Source of the DNA: an uncultured Chloroflexia bacterium
GTDB taxonomy: Bacteria > Chloroflexota > Limnocylindria > Limnocylindrales > CSP1-4
Direction: 5' to 3'
Assembly: GCA_963720825.1 (NCBI GenBank)
Contig: CAVRGY010000005.1
Span: forward strand, 1,200-65,199
DNA length: 64,000 bases
Part shown: positions 1 to 10,882 of the stretch, in pieces
How the letters are laid out: each line of letters opens with the position of its first letter
How positions within the stretch are numbered: position 1 is the stretch's first letter
Translations under genes and position numbers: made by a program
The notes under the pieces: model-generated
Seen by the model: only the letters and a program-made list of their open reading frames with translations
Database searches by the model: none
What the model was told of the DNA's origin: nothing

Positions 1-1073
1 AGGTCCCGGGTCCGGACGCCGGCCTCGAGCGCGCTGGCGACCGCCGTCTCGATCGCGTCCGCGGCATCGGCCCGGCCGAGCGACGAGCGCAGCATCATCG
101 CGGCGGACAGGATCGTGCCCAGCGGGTTCGCGACGTCCTGGCCGGCGATGTCCGGCGCGGAGCCGTGGATCGGCTCGTACAGCCCGTGACGGCCGTGCGC
201 GGTCTGGCGGGTGCCGAGCGACGCGGACGGGAGCATCCCCAGCGAGCCCGTGATCACCGCGGCCTCGTCGGACAGGATGTCCCCGAACAGGTTCTCGGTG
301 ACGATGACGTCGAAGGTCGCGGGGCGGCTGGCCAGGACCATCGCCGCCGAGTCCACCAGCCGGTGCTCGAGGGCGACGTCCGGGAAGTCCGCGTGGACCT
401 CCTCCGTGACCTTCCGCCACAGCCGCGACGTGGCCAGCACGTTGGCCTTGTCGACCTGGGTCACCCTGCGCCGGCGGTCGCGGGCCAGCTCGAACGCGAG
501 GGTCACGATCCGCCGGATCTCGCCCTCCGTGTACCACAGGGTGTCGATCGCGGCCCTGCCTTCCGGCGTGACGCGCTGCTCGGACGGGCGGCCGAAGTAG
601 AGACCCGATGTGAGCTCACGCACGATGAGGCAGTCGACGCCCTCGAGCAGCTCCGGGCGCAGCGGCGACGCCGAGATCAGCGACGGGCTGACGGTGATCG
701 GGCGCAGGTTGGCGAACAGCCCGAGCCCGCTGCGCAGCGCGAACAGCGCCTGCTCCGGGCGAACGGTGGCGTCGGGATCGTCCCACCTCGGACCGCCGAC
801 GGCACCCAGCAGCACGGCATCCGCGACCCGGCACGCCTCGATGTCCTCGGGCCGGATCGCGACGCCGTACGCGTCGATCCCGGCACCGCCGACGACGAGC
901 TCGTCCCAGGCGAGCCCGAAGCCGAACGCGCGCCCGGTGGCCTCGAGGACGGCGACGGCACTCGCCACCACCTCGGGCCCCACCCCGTCGCCGGGGATCA
1001 GCGCGATGCGGTAGGTCGTGGCCCCGGCGGGCTCGCCCTTCGCGGCGCCGCCCGTCGCACCGCCCTCCGTCAC
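1..1073 (-). CDS. leuB: 3-isopropylmalate dehydrogenase (3' end runs off the window)
   Basis: It is absent from the ORF track because it leaves the window. Reverse translation from GTG at 1073 reads VTEGG..TYRIALIPGDGVGPEVV...LYEPIHGSAPDIAGQDVANPLGTILSAAMML, the isopropylmalate/isocitrate dehydrogenase signature. The start overlaps the leuA stop as GTGA. Confidence 0.9.
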   Translation of the reverse strand, partial: MTEGGATGGAAKGEPAGATTYRIALIPGDGVGPEVVASAVAVLEATGRAFGFGLAWDELVVGGAGIDAYGVAIRPEDIEACRVADAVLLGAVGGPRWDDPDATVRPEQALFALRSGLGLFANLRPITVSPSLISASPLRPELLEGVDCLIVRELTSGLYFGRPSEQRVTPEGRAAIDTLWYTEGEIRRIVTLAFELARDRRRRVTQVDKANVLATSRLWRKVTEEVHADFPDVALEHRLVDSAAMVLASRPATFDVIVTENLFGDILSDEAAVITGSLGMLPSASLGTRQTAHGRHGLYEPIHGSAPDIAGQDVANPLGTILSAAMMLRSSLGRADAADAIETAVASALEAGVRTRD

Positions 1074-2713
1074 GGCAGGTCCTCGGCCGTGCGGGTGCCG
1101 ACGAACGCGACCTCGATGCCGTTGATCTCGGCCCCGTGGAGCTTGTTCGCGGCCACGAGGTATGCCTCGAGCGAGGCCTCGATGATGTTCGTGGACAACC
1201 CGTGGCCGGTGACCACGAGCGCACCCGGACCCTCGTCCGACGAGCGCCGGCAGCGAACGAGGACCTGGCCCTGCGCGTCCTCGCCCGCCGATACCGCCTT
1301 GATCTCGTACTCCGTGAGCACCGGGTGCCAGCCGAGCACCGGCCCGATCGCGGAGTCGACGGCCGCGAACAGGGCGTTGACCGGACCGTTCCCGGTCGCA
1401 TCGGCCGCCTTCGCGTCGCCCGCGATGACGAGCGAGACGCTGCCCACCGAGTGCCCGCCGCTGGACGAGCTGATGTTCCAGCCGAGCAGCTCGATCGAGC
1501 GCGGCACGTCCGACTTGCGCTGCTCGACGAGCGCGATCAGGTCGGCGTCCGTGACGTCCTTTTTGGCATCCGCGAGCGCGATCGCCGCCCGGTAGATCTC
1601 GTCCAGCTGCTCCGCGTCGACTTCGTGTCCGAGCTCGCGCAGCTTGCCCTGGAGCCCCCGGCGACCGGACAGCTTGCCGATCGACAGCGTGCTCCCGGAC
1701 AGCCCCACGGACTGCGGGGTCATGATCTCGTAGGTCAGCGGGTTCTTGAGGAACCCGTCCTGGTGGATCCCGGACTCGTGCGCGAAGGCGTTGGCGCCGA
1801 CGATCGCCTTGTTGGGCTGGATCGCGAACCCGGTAAGGTACGAGACCAGCCGCGAGGCGGGCGTGATCTGGTCCGTCTGGACCTGCGCGCCGAGCTCGGG
1901 GAACTGGGTGGGCCGCGTGCGCAGCGCCATCACGACCTCTTCGAGCGAGGCGTTCCCGGCCCGCTCGCCCAGCCCGTTGATGGTGACCTCGACCTGGCGT
2001 GCCCCGGCCTGCACGGCCGCCAGCGTGTTGGCCGTGGCGAGCCCGAGATCGTTGTGGCAGTGAACGCTCACCGTCGCATCGTTGCCAACGCGATCCACCA
2101 CGGTGCCAACGAGGCGCCCGAACTCGGACGGGATCGCGTAGCCAACGGTGTCGGGGATGTTGACGGTCGAGGCGCCCGCCGCGACGACGGCCTCGTACAC
2201 CTGGAGCAGGAATTCCTCCTCGGTCCGCGAGGCGTCCTCGGCGGAGAACTCGATCTCGGCATCGGGGCCCAGCTCCTTGCGGGCCCACGAGACCCAGCGC
2301 TGGGCCTCGGCGAGCGCCTGCTCGCGCGAGATCCGGAGCTTGTGCTTGAGGTGGATGTCGCTGGTGGCGATGAACAGGTGGAGGTGCGGGCGCTCGGCGA
2401 CGCTGATCGCCTCGACGGCGCGCTGCGGATCACCGTCGCGGCAGCGTGCGAGAGCCGCCACGGCGATACCACCCTTGATCTCCTGCGCGATCCGCCGGAC
2501 CGCCTCGAAATCGCCGGGCGAAGCGGCCGGGAAGCCGGCCTCGATCACGTCGACGTTGAGCCGCGCGAGCTGGCGGGCCACCTCCAGCTTCTCGGCGGCG
2601 GTCAGCCCGGCGCCGGGTGCCTGCTCGCCGTCCCGGAGCGTGGTGTCGAACACCCGGACGGTGCCGGCTGCGACGCCGCCACCGTAGCGCGGCCTGGTCT
2701 CCTCGAAGGTCAT
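1070..2713 (-). CDS. leuA: 2-isopropylmalate synthase
   Basis: 547-aa ORF containing [19 protein letters not shown] and [17 protein letters not shown] (HMGL-like/LeuA motifs) plus a C-terminal LeuA dimerisation region. The start overlaps the ilvC stop as ATGA. Confidence 0.95.
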   Translation of the reverse strand: MTFEETRPRYGGGVAAGTVRVFDTTLRDGEQAPGAGLTAAEKLEVARQLARLNVDVIEAGFPAASPGDFEAVRRIAQEIKGGIAVAALARCRDGDPQRAVEAISVAERPHLHLFIATSDIHLKHKLRISREQALAEAQRWVSWARKELGPDAEIEFSAEDASRTEEEFLLQVYEAVVAAGASTVNIPDTVGYAIPSEFGRLVGTVVDRVGNDATVSVHCHNDLGLATANTLAAVQAGARQVEVTINGLGERAGNASLEEVVMALRTRPTQFPELGAQVQTDQITPASRLVSYLTGFAIQPNKAIVGANAFAHESGIHQDGFLKNPLTYEIMTPQSVGLSGSTLSIGKLSGRRGLQGKLRELGHEVDAEQLDEIYRAAIALADAKKDVTDADLIALVEQRKSDVPRSIELLGWNISSSSGGHSVGSVSLVIAGDAKAADATGNGPVNALFAAVDSAIGPVLGWHPVLTEYEIKAVSAGEDAQGQVLVRCRRSSDEGPGALVVTGHGLSTNIIEASLEAYLVAANKLHGAEINGIEVAFVGTRTAEDLP

Positions 2714-3768
2714 CGTTGCGTCTCCCCGGTGCCGCCGGCGCTGGCCACGGCCTGGGCCTGTCCGGCGTCGACGACCACCGGCTTGAGGAACGGCATCCTC
2801 GCCCGGAGGTCGGCGCCGACGTGCTCGATCTGGTGATCACGGTCCTGCTGGCGGAGCCGGGCGAACTCGCGCCCGCCGGACTCCTGCTCGGCCACCCAGC
2901 GGGTCGCGAACGAGCCGCTCTGGATGTCGGCGAGCACGTCCTTCATCGCCGCCTTTGCCCCCTCCGTGACCCGCGGGCCGGAGACATAGTCGCCGTACTC
3001 CGCGGTGTCGCTGACGCTGAAGCGCATGAAGTTGAGGCCGCCCCGGTACATCAGGTCGACGATCAGCTTGAGCTCGTGCATCGTCTCGAAGTACGCGAGC
3101 TCGGGCTGGTACCCCGCCTCGACCAGCGTCTCGAAGGCGGCCTTGACCAGCGCCGACACGCCGCCGCACAACAGCGCCTGCTCACCGAACAGGTCGGTCT
3201 CGGTCTCCTCCTTGAACGTTGTCTCGAGTACGCCGGCCCGCGTCGCGCCGATGCCCCGGGCGTAGGCGAGGACCCGCGCGCGGGCGGTACCCGACCCGTC
3301 CTGCTCGACCGCGAACAGCGCCGGCACGCCGCCGCCCTGCTCGTACACACTGCGCAGGAGGTGGCCGGGGCCCTTGGGCGCGACCATCCCGACGTCGACC
3401 GTGGCCGGCGGCGCGATGAGGGAGAACCGGATGTTGAACCCGTGCGCGAACATCAGCAGCGCGCCGGGCTTGAGGTTGGGTGCGATGTCCCGTTCGTAGA
3501 CCGCCCGCTGGGCCGTGTCGGGGACCGCGATCATCACCACGTCCGCGGCGCGGACGGCATCGGCGGTGTCGAGCACGCGGAACCCGGCGGACTCGGCGAG
3601 CGCCCGGCTCTTGGACCCGGCGGCGAGCCCGACGACGACATCGACCCCGCTGTCGCGCAGGTTGAGGGCATGTGCGTGGCCCTGGCTCCCGTAGCCGATG
3701 ACCGCGACGGTCTGGCCCTCGAGCGCCGACGGATCCGCGTCCGCGTCGTAGTACATCTTCGCCGTCAC
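2710..3768 (-). CDS. ilvC: ketol-acid reductoisomerase
   Basis: 352-aa ORF starting [41 protein letters not shown], a typical IlvC N-terminus and Rossmann motif. The GTG start overlaps the ilvN stop as GTGA. Confidence 0.95.
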   Translation of the reverse strand: MTAKMYYDADADPSALEGQTVAVIGYGSQGHAHALNLRDSGVDVVVGLAAGSKSRALAESAGFRVLDTADAVRAADVVMIAVPDTAQRAVYERDIAPNLKPGALLMFAHGFNIRFSLIAPPATVDVGMVAPKGPGHLLRSVYEQGGGVPALFAVEQDGSGTARARVLAYARGIGATRAGVLETTFKEETETDLFGEQALLCGGVSALVKAAFETLVEAGYQPELAYFETMHELKLIVDLMYRGGLNFMRFSVSDTAEYGDYVSGPRVTEGAKAAMKDVLADIQSGSFATRWVAEQESGGREFARLRQQDRDHQIEHVGADLRARMPFLKPVVVDAGQAQAVASAGGTGETQR

Positions 3769-4358
3769 AGCTTGAGTGCCTCCTCGATCGATCCGGCGCC
3801 GCGCAGCATCACCACCGCGCCCGTCCGGACCATCTCCTTGATCCCGTAGCCGCGCAGCAGCGCGACCAGGGCGTCTATCTCGGCCTCGGTCCCCGTCGCC
3901 TCGACGATGACCGACTCCGGCGCGATGTCCACGATCCGGCCCTTGTACAGCTCGACGATCTTGATCACCTCGGCCCGGTTGGTATCGGTTGCGCGCGCCT
4001 TGATGAACGCCAGCTCGTGCTCGACCAGCTGCTCAGCGCTGACGTCCTGGACCTTGAGCACGTCGACCAGCCGGTAGAGCTGCTTGGCGGCCTGCTCGAC
4101 CGCCACGTCGTCGCCGTGCAGGGTCAGCGTCATGCGGCTGATGTGCGCCTTGTCGGTGCGCGACACGGCCAGCGAGTCGATGTTGAAGTTACGCGCCCGC
4201 ATCAGGCTCGCGACGCGGTTGAGGACGCCCGGCTTGTCGAGCACGAGCACGACCAGGATGTGCCGCCGCGAGACGCCGCTGCCGGGGATGGCCCGAGGCG
4301 GCGGGGCGACGTGGGCGGGCTGCTCGTCGGTCGTGCCCGGAACGGGTTCGGTGCTCAT
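3765..4358 (-). CDS. ilvN: acetolactate synthase small (regulatory) subunit
   Basis: Internal ATG at 4358 of the 285-aa ORF. It reads MSTEP...[39 protein letters not shown] (ACT domain). The start overlaps the ilvB stop as ATGA. Confidence 0.9.
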   Translation of the reverse strand: MSTEPVPGTTDEQPAHVAPPPRAIPGSGVSRRHILVVLVLDKPGVLNRVASLMRARNFNIDSLAVSRTDKAHISRMTLTLHGDDVAVEQAAKQLYRLVDVLKVQDVSAEQLVEHELAFIKARATDTNRAEVIKIVELYKGRIVDIAPESVIVEATGTEAEIDALVALLRGYGIKEMVRTGAVVMLRGAGSIEEALKL

Positions 4359-6211
4359 TCCTCGGGCACCCCCCAGGTCTCGATCAGGTCGGACAGGCCC
4401 TTGCCCGCCGGCATCATCGGGAACACGTTCTGCTCCTCCGCGATCTCGAACCAGATCAGGACCGGTCCGTCGATCGCCTGGGCCGCCCGGATCGTCTCGT
4501 CGACCTGGTCGGTCCGCGTCGCCTTGAACGCGGGGATCCCGTACGCGTCCGCGAGCTTGACAAAATCGGGCCCCGGCAGGTGCGACGAGTGGTAGTTGCC
4601 GGCGTACACGATCTCCTGCCACTGCCGGATCATGCCCAGCTTCTTGTTGTCCAGGAGCGCGATCTTGACCGGGATCCGGTCGACGGCCAGGGTCATCAGC
4701 TCCTGGCTCGTCATCTGGAAGCCGCCATCACCGACGATCGCCCAGGTCTCGGCGTCGGGGTTGCCGAGCGCGGCGCCCATCGCCGCCGGCACCGCGTAGC
4801 CCATCGTGCCCAGCCCGCCCGACGACAGGTGGCTGTGCGGCCGCCGGAACTTGGCGTACCGGGCCAGCCACATCTGGTTCTGCCCCACGTCGGCCACGTA
4901 GGTCGCTACATGGTCGGTCAGGTCGCCGATCCTGCTGACCACGAAGTCTGCCGACAGGAGGCCGTCGCGCCAGGCCCCCGAGCCGTGCCACGTCGCGGCT
5001 TCCGACTCGCGGCGCCACTCGGCCAGCTCCCCGTGGTAGTCGGCGCGGTCAGCGGGGTCGACCTCCGGGACGAGCCTGGTGAGGCCCGCCAGGACGTGGC
5101 ATGCGTCGCCCACGATGGGGACCTCGACCGCCACGTTCTTGCCGATCTCGGCCGGGTCGATGTCCGCGTGGATGATCCGGGCGTACGGGGCGTACGTGCG
5201 CACGTTGCCGGTGACCCGGTCGTCGAAGCGCATCCCGATTGCGATCAGCAGGTCCGCGCTCTGGATGGCCCGGTTGACGTGCTTCCAGCCGTGCATCCCC
5301 ATGTAGCCGTAGGCGAGCGGGTGCTCCTCGTCGATGGCACCGATCCCCAGCAGCGTCCAGGCAACCGGGATCTGGGTCCGCTCCGCGAACACCCGCAGCT
5401 CGTCCCACGCCTCGGCGATCAGGACGCCGTGGCCGGCCAGGATCAGCGGCCGCTTGGCCGCCGCAATCTCCTTCGCGGCCAGCTTGAGCTGCTTCGGATG
5501 GCCCTCGATGGTGGGTCGGAAGCCCGGCAGCTCGGCGACCACGTCCTCGAGGGAGGGGTGCTCGACACGTGTCTCCTGCTGGAGGGCGTCCTTGGTGATG
5601 TCGATGTGGACGGGGCCGGGGCGGCCGCTCCGGGCCAGGTGGAACGCTTCGGCGACGACCCGCGGGATGTCGTCGGCGTTGCGGACCAGGTAGTTGTGCT
5701 TGGTCATCGGCAGCGTGATGCCGGTGATGTCGATCTCCTGGAAGGCGTCCTTCCCGAGCAGCGCCGCCGGCACGTTGCCGGTGATGGCAACCATGGGCAC
5801 CGAGTCCAGCTGGGCCGTGGCGATCGCGGTCACCAGGTTGGTCGCGCCCGGGCCACTGGTGCCCATGCACACGCCCACCCTGCCGCTGGCGCGGGCGTAG
5901 CCGTCCGCCGCATGGCCACCGCCCTGCTCGTGCCGCACGAGCACGTGCCGGATCTCGGGGTAGTCGGCCAGGATGTCGTAGATCGGGAGGATGACGCCGC
6001 CGGGGTAGCTGAACAGGACGTCGGTGCCCTGGCGCACGAGCGCCTCCATCAGCGCGTCGGCACCGATCCGCGTTCGCTTGCGCGGCCGGACCTCGTGGAG
6101 CATCGCCTTGCGGGCCCGCTCGACGGCGGCAGCCGTCGGGGTCCCGTCGTCGGGGACGTGGCTGCGCCGTTCCGGCGGGCTGGCTGCCGATTGCCCTCGC
6201 GTCATCGTCAT
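4355..6211 (-). CDS. ilvB: acetolactate synthase large subunit
   Basis: ThDP-enzyme motifs GGHAADGYARASGRVGVCMGTSGPGATNLVT and GLGTMGYAVPAAMGA..IVGDGGFQM. The ORF opens at TTG 6259, but I prefer ATG 6211, which is preceded by GGAGGG. The start is uncertain by about 50 nt. Confidence 0.92.
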   Translation of the reverse strand: MTMTRGQSAASPPERRSHVPDDGTPTAAAVERARKAMLHEVRPRKRTRIGADALMEALVRQGTDVLFSYPGGVILPIYDILADYPEIRHVLVRHEQGGGHAADGYARASGRVGVCMGTSGPGATNLVTAIATAQLDSVPMVAITGNVPAALLGKDAFQEIDITGITLPMTKHNYLVRNADDIPRVVAEAFHLARSGRPGPVHIDITKDALQQETRVEHPSLEDVVAELPGFRPTIEGHPKQLKLAAKEIAAAKRPLILAGHGVLIAEAWDELRVFAERTQIPVAWTLLGIGAIDEEHPLAYGYMGMHGWKHVNRAIQSADLLIAIGMRFDDRVTGNVRTYAPYARIIHADIDPAEIGKNVAVEVPIVGDACHVLAGLTRLVPEVDPADRADYHGELAEWRRESEAATWHGSGAWRDGLLSADFVVSRIGDLTDHVATYVADVGQNQMWLARYAKFRRPHSHLSSGGLGTMGYAVPAAMGAALGNPDAETWAIVGDGGFQMTSQELMTLAVDRIPVKIALLDNKKLGMIRQWQEIVYAGNYHSSHLPGPDFVKLADAYGIPAFKATRTDQVDETIRAAQAIDGPVLIWFEIAEEQNVFPMMPAGKGLSDLIETWGVPEE

Positions 6212-6260
6212 TCGTCGGGCCCTCCGCCCGGGTGGTCCCGCGACCTCCCGAACATGCAAA

Positions 6261-6284
6261 GACCCTCGCCACCCGGCGAGGGTC
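6261..6284 (-). terminator. GC-rich hairpin followed by TTTG on the minus strand, about 50 nt upstream of the ilvB start (terminator or attenuator-like)
   Basis: gaccctcgcc/accc/ggcgagggtc forms a perfect 10-bp stem. On the minus strand it is followed by TCTTTGCATG. Confidence 0.45.
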
Positions 6285-6988
6285 CCGTTGGTTCTCGGTT
6301 GGCGCTGCGCCTAGTGGCGCTCGTCCCTCCGCGTCCCTCCGTTCTCCCGCCGGGAGCCGGTAATGAGGAGCCCAACAAGGCTGTCAAGGCCGGCAAGGAG
6401 CGAGCGGAGAAGGTCGAGCAGCAGGGAGCTGTGGCCATCGAGGTCGCGCAGGGGCACGGTCACGCGCCGGCCATCCGACGTCACGACGACGGCGACTGCG
6501 TGGCGATCCCGACCCTGGAAGAAGTCCAAGCGACCTGGCTCCTGTTCGCCCGCCAGTGGCGGGTCCGCGCAGTCTAGCCGCCATCGGATGGGCGCGCAAC
6601 CACGCGAGCCGCGGCCTGCCTGCCGCCAGCCCCGCGGCGACCAGGCCCTGACGCCGCCTCGGCGCGGCCACGCGGCCTCGCGCGGCCACCTCGCCCCCGC
6701 GGCCATCGGCGCGGCCACGCGGCCATCGGCGCGGCAACCGGCGATCGCGCCGGGGTGTCAGGATCGGCCGGCCTCGGTCGCCCCGACACCTGACCGACAT
6801 CAAACCGACGGATCTGACGCCGAGATCAGCCGCATCGATGCCTGATGGGGATCGTCGGGACCATAGAACGTGGGTCGTGACGCCCCGGCGGCATCAGCCC
6901 AAGCGGAACGAGATGGGGTCGGCGCAGATTCCGGCGGAACCGTGCTGCGGATAAGCGCCAGCCAAGTCCCAGGCGGTTTGATGGGGCA

Positions 6989-7678
6989 ATGAGCGGCACG
7001 CGACATGACGGAACCTGGCGACGTCGGGCAACGCGCGCTCGCGATGGTCTGGCGGAGGATCTCCTGCGACTGTGCGAGGACGCCGGCGTCTCGCAGCGTG
7101 CGCTTGCCCGCGGGTCAGGGGTCTCCCAAGCCTATGTCGCTCGCATCCTTGCCGGAAGAGCGGCACCGAGCATCGAGACGTACGCGCGGCTGGCCGTCCC
7201 GCTGGGGGCGGACCTGAGCGCCCGCCTATACCCGACCACGGGCCCGACGCATCCGCGACCGGCACCAGGCCGAGGATCCTCGAAGGGCTGCTCGCCACGC
7301 TCGACAAGCGGTGGCACCCGTTCACCGAGGTTGCCGTGCGTCGGCCGGGACGAGGGTGGATCGATTGCGCAATCCATGACCCTCGGGAACGCGTCCTCGT
7401 GGCGGCGGAGATCCAATCCGGGCTACGGAGGCTGGAGCAGCTGATCCGGTGGTCGACGGAAAAGGCGTCATCGCTGCCGTCGTGGGAAGGATGGCAGCGG
7501 TTCGAGGTCGCGGCCGTGTCCCGGCTGCTCATCGTGCGCCGCACCCGCGCCACGGTCGATGTCGCGCACGACTTCGCCCGACAGCTCCTCGTCGCGTATC
7601 CCGACGATGCGCTCGCGACCCGATGCGCTCGCGGCCCTCACCGGGGAACGGCCATGGCCCGGCCCTGCCCTCGTCTAG
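6989..7678 (+). pseudogene. XRE-type HTH protein with a C-terminal nuclease-like domain, disrupted
   Basis: The HTH (LLRLCEDAGVSQRALARGSGVSQAYVARILAG) is in frame 2 and IRDRHQA is in frame 3. RILEGLLATLDKRWHPFTEVAVRRPGRGWIDCAIHDPRERVLVAAEIQSGLRRLEQLIRW is in frame 1. A 16-nt tandem duplication (7606-7621 / 7622-7637) shifts the tail. Without it the gene ends ..YPDDALAALTGERPWPGPALV* at 7676-7678. Confidence 0.7.
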
Positions 7679-8059
7679 GCCCAGCTGGATTCCCATGGCG
7701 TGCGGCTGCTGGGCCGACGATGACCGAGGAAACTGTCGGAGTCACGGTGCGAATTGCCTCGCCGATGAGAAGGCCGGTGCCGGCTGGATGACGACCGGCG
7801 GACGTCGCTGATCGAGTCATCCCGGCTCGATGATCGCTGCCAAGAGGCACTGGAGCGCGTTTCGGCCACTCAGGTGCCGCCTTGATGTCTCGGAGGGAGC
7901 ACGACACGGACGAGGCGCCAGTCCTGACGCCCCGAGGGGCTCAGCGTGGGCGGCCACCGCGCGCGAGACCCGACGCGGACACTGCTCCACACCGGGCACT
8001 GACAGGAGCGCTGCTACCCTGTCCGTTCACTCGGAGCCGCAGCAGAGCAGACCCTCGCC

Positions 8060-9502
8060 ATGAGCAGACCCCGCACCCTCGTCGAGAAGATCTGGGACGA
8101 CCACGTCGTCGCCCAGGATCCGGGCGCTCCCGCCGTCCTGGCCATCGACCTCCATCTCGTTCACGAGGTCACCAGCCCCCAGGCGTTCACGGGGCTGCGC
8201 CAGCGGGGCCTCGGGGTCCGACGGCCGGACAAGACCGTGGCGACCGCCGATCACTCCACCCCGACGACCCCGCGCGGCCTGCCGATGGTGGACATGCAGG
8301 CGGCGGCGCAGATCAGCCAGCTCGAGACCAACTGCCGCGACTTCGGCATCCCGCTCCACGCGTTCGGGAGCGATACCCAGGGGATCGTCCACGTCATCGG
8401 GCCCGAGCTGGGCCTGACGCAGCCGGGCATGACGATCGTGTGCGGCGATTCGCATACGGCCACCCACGGGGCGTTCGGCGCACTGGCGTTCGGCATCGGG
8501 ACCAGCGAGGTCGAGATGGTCCTCGCGACCCAGACGCTGCTCCAGCGCCGGCCGAAGACCTACGAGGTGCGCGTCGACGGACGGCTCGGTGCCGGCGTAT
8601 CCGCCAAGGACATCATCCTGGCCCTGATCGCCCGGATCGGGATCGGCGGCGGCACGGGCCACGTGTTCGAGTTCCGGGGCGACGCGATCCGCGCGCTGTC
8701 GATGGAGCAGCGGATGACGATCTGCAACATGAGCATCGAGGGCGGCGCGCGGGCCGGGCTGGTCGGCCCCGACGAGACCACCTTCGACTACCTCCACGGC
8801 CGCCGACATGCCCCGCAGGGCGAGGCCTGGGATGCCGCCGTCGCGCGCTGGCGCGCGCTGCCCACCGACGACGGTGCCGCCTTCGACAGGTCGATCGTGA
8901 TCGATGCGAACACGCTCGAGCCGATGGTCACCTACGGGACGAACCCGGGCATGGGCATCCCCGTGACGGGTCGCGTCCCGAGTCCCGACGATGCCGGCGA
9001 TCCGGTTGCGCGCCGGACGATCGAGCGCGCGCTCGAATACATGGGCCTGCAGCCGGGCCAGGCCCTTGCCGGCCAGCCGGTGGACGTGGTGTTCATCGGC
9101 TCGTGCACCAACAGCCGGATCAGCGACCTGCGGCTCGCGGCGGGCGTGCTCAGGGACCGGACGGTCTCCGCCGGCACCCGCCTGATGATCGTGCCCGGCT
9201 CACAGCAGGTGAAGCGGCAGGCCGAGCGGGAGGGACTGCACGAGATCTTCCGGGCAGCGGGCGCCGAATGGCGCGAGTCGGGCTGCTCGATGTGCATCGC
9301 GATGAACGGCGACCAGCTGTCGCCCGGGCAGTACGCGATCAGCACGTCCAACCGGAACTTCGAGGGCCGGCAGGGCAAGGGCGGGCGCACGTTCCTCGCG
9401 TCGCCGCTGACCGCCGCCGCATCCGCGGTGAACGGCGTCGTCACCGACCCGCGGACGCTCCCCGGGGTCGCCGAGCTGGTCACCACCGGCGGAGGGTATT
9501 GA
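8060..9502 (+). CDS. leuC: 3-isopropylmalate dehydratase large subunit
   Basis: 480-aa aconitase-family ORF with [34 protein letters not shown] and [11 protein letters not shown]. Confidence 0.95.
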   Translation: MSRPRTLVEKIWDDHVVAQDPGAPAVLAIDLHLVHEVTSPQAFTGLRQRGLGVRRPDKTVATADHSTPTTPRGLPMVDMQAAAQISQLETNCRDFGIPLHAFGSDTQGIVHVIGPELGLTQPGMTIVCGDSHTATHGAFGALAFGIGTSEVEMVLATQTLLQRRPKTYEVRVDGRLGAGVSAKDIILALIARIGIGGGTGHVFEFRGDAIRALSMEQRMTICNMSIEGGARAGLVGPDETTFDYLHGRRHAPQGEAWDAAVARWRALPTDDGAAFDRSIVIDANTLEPMVTYGTNPGMGIPVTGRVPSPDDAGDPVARRTIERALEYMGLQPGQALAGQPVDVVFIGSCTNSRISDLRLAAGVLRDRTVSAGTRLMIVPGSQQVKRQAEREGLHEIFRAAGAEWRESGCSMCIAMNGDQLSPGQYAISTSNRNFEGRQGKGGRTFLASPLTAAASAVNGVVTDPRTLPGVAELVTTGGGY

Positions 9503-9503
9503 G

Positions 9504-10139
9504 GTGGCCGAGGGCTTCCGCTCCTTTGCGTCGAAGGTCGTGCCGCTGCCCGCGGAGAACGTGGACACGGACCAGATCGTCCCCGCCCGCTACCTCAAGG
9601 TGACCGACAAGGAAGGGCTCGCCGAGGCGCTGTTCTGCGACTGGCGGTTCACCGAGGACGGCTCGCGCCGCGACCCGGCGTTCGTGATCGACCGTCCCGG
9701 AATGCCCGGCCGCCGGATCCTGCTGGCGGGCGACAACTTCGGCTGCGGCAGCTCCCGTGAGCACGCACCGTGGGCGCTCCGGGCATGGGGCATCGAGGCC
9801 ATCCTGTCGACCTCGTTCGCGGACATCTTCAGGAGCAACGCGCTCAAGAACGGGGTACTGCCGATCGTGGTCGATCCGGACACGCACCGGCGCCTGTTCG
9901 AGATCCTGGACGACGATCCCGATGCCGAGCTGCGGGTCGACCTCGCCGAGCAGGGCATCCTGCTGCCGGACGGATCGACGATCGACTTCGACATCGACCC
10001 GTTCTCCAAGATGATGCTGCTGGCCGGCACAGACGAGATCGGCTACGTGGTGGCCAGGGACGACGCCATCTCGGCCTGGGAGGCCGCCCATCCGCCGCGG
10101 GTCGACACGCGGCTGGGCACGTCGGCCGGCGCCGGCTGA
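9504..10139 (+). CDS. leuD: 3-isopropylmalate dehydratase small subunit
   Basis: 211 aa with LPAENVDTDQIVPARYLK and GDNFGCGSSREHAPWAL. The GTG start lies 1 nt after the leuC stop. Confidence 0.95.
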   Translation: MAEGFRSFASKVVPLPAENVDTDQIVPARYLKVTDKEGLAEALFCDWRFTEDGSRRDPAFVIDRPGMPGRRILLAGDNFGCGSSREHAPWALRAWGIEAILSTSFADIFRSNALKNGVLPIVVDPDTHRRLFEILDDDPDAELRVDLAEQGILLPDGSTIDFDIDPFSKMMLLAGTDEIGYVVARDDAISAWEAAHPPRVDTRLGTSAGAG

Positions 10140-10179
10140 CGGCTGGGCCGGCCGGGACCCGGAACCGATCGAGGCGCCG

Positions 10180-10830
10180 ATGCGTCTGCCGGGCATGGCT
10201 CGACCCGATCGCCGGCTCTTCGTTGCGGTCCTCGGAGTGTGCGTCCTGGTCACCGCGTGCGGTGGCGGATCCGTCGCCCCGTCCGCGTCGCCGCCCGAGA
10301 CCGGAATCCCGGAGCCGTCTGGCGGCGCGGAGCTCCCGATGCCCACGGCCGTCGCGCGCGGCGACCCGGGTGCCCCTGTTGATGGCAGCCCCGGTCAGAC
10401 CGGCGGCGGCGCTGCGGGCGACCCGGGCAGCGGCGTGAGCGACGGCGGCAGCGGCTTCGATCCCGGTCCCGTTGGCCCTCCGTCGGACGCCGAGGCGACG
10501 CTCGTGTCACCCGTGAACGGCCTGTTCGACGTCCACGACATCGGCGTCGTCGCATTGAGTGCCACCGTCGACCGGTCGAGTGTCACCGTCCGGCTCTCGT
10601 GGTGGAGCGGCGTCGCGCCGTGCAGTGTCCTGTCCACGGTCGATGTCGCGCGCGACGGGACGACGTTCACGCTCACGGTTCGCGAGGGCAGCGCCGCTCG
10701 CGACGTGGCGTGCATCGACATCGCGATGTCCAAGGCGACGCTCGTGTCGCTTGGCCCACTCGAGCCCGGCACGTACACGGTACGCGCGTCGGGCGAGGCA
10801 GCCCCGATCGAGGTGCTCGTCGGGGGCTGA
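10180..10830 (+). CDS. secreted lipoprotein, function unknown
   Basis: Signal peptide with lipobox (RRLFVAVLGVCVLVTAC GGG). A Pro/Gly/Ser-rich linker is followed by a beta-rich C-terminal domain. The start may be the second Met (10195). Confidence 0.65.
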   Translation: MRLPGMARPDRRLFVAVLGVCVLVTACGGGSVAPSASPPETGIPEPSGGAELPMPTAVARGDPGAPVDGSPGQTGGGAAGDPGSGVSDGGSGFDPGPVGPPSDAEATLVSPVNGLFDVHDIGVVALSATVDRSSVTVRLSWWSGVAPCSVLSTVDVARDGTTFTLTVREGSAARDVACIDIAMSKATLVSLGPLEPGTYTVRASGEAAPIEVLVGG

Positions 10831-10882
10831 TCGCTCTACCGATGCGGCGCCCGCGAACCTCGTCGATACTCAACGCGTGAAC

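Noticed and set aside
6363-6845. 160-aa plus-strand ORF and overlapping minus-strand ORFs in the ilvB upstream region as candidate genes.
   Set aside because: Their translations are low-complexity Arg/Pro/Ser/Ala strings with no recognisable motifs. The region contains short direct repeats (around 6661-6735). Only the minus-strand 6311-6529 segment has coding-like codon usage, and it is reported as a low-confidence finding.
7948-7961. T-box-like string GGGCGGCCACCGCG in the roughly 380-nt region upstream of leuC, suggesting a tRNA-Leu T-box riboswitch.
   Set aside because: It has one base too many relative to GGGUGGNACCGCG and lacks the UGGN bulge. I could not find a specifier-loop/AG-bulge Stem I or a matching terminator/sequestrator helix. 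An Rfam scan would settle it.
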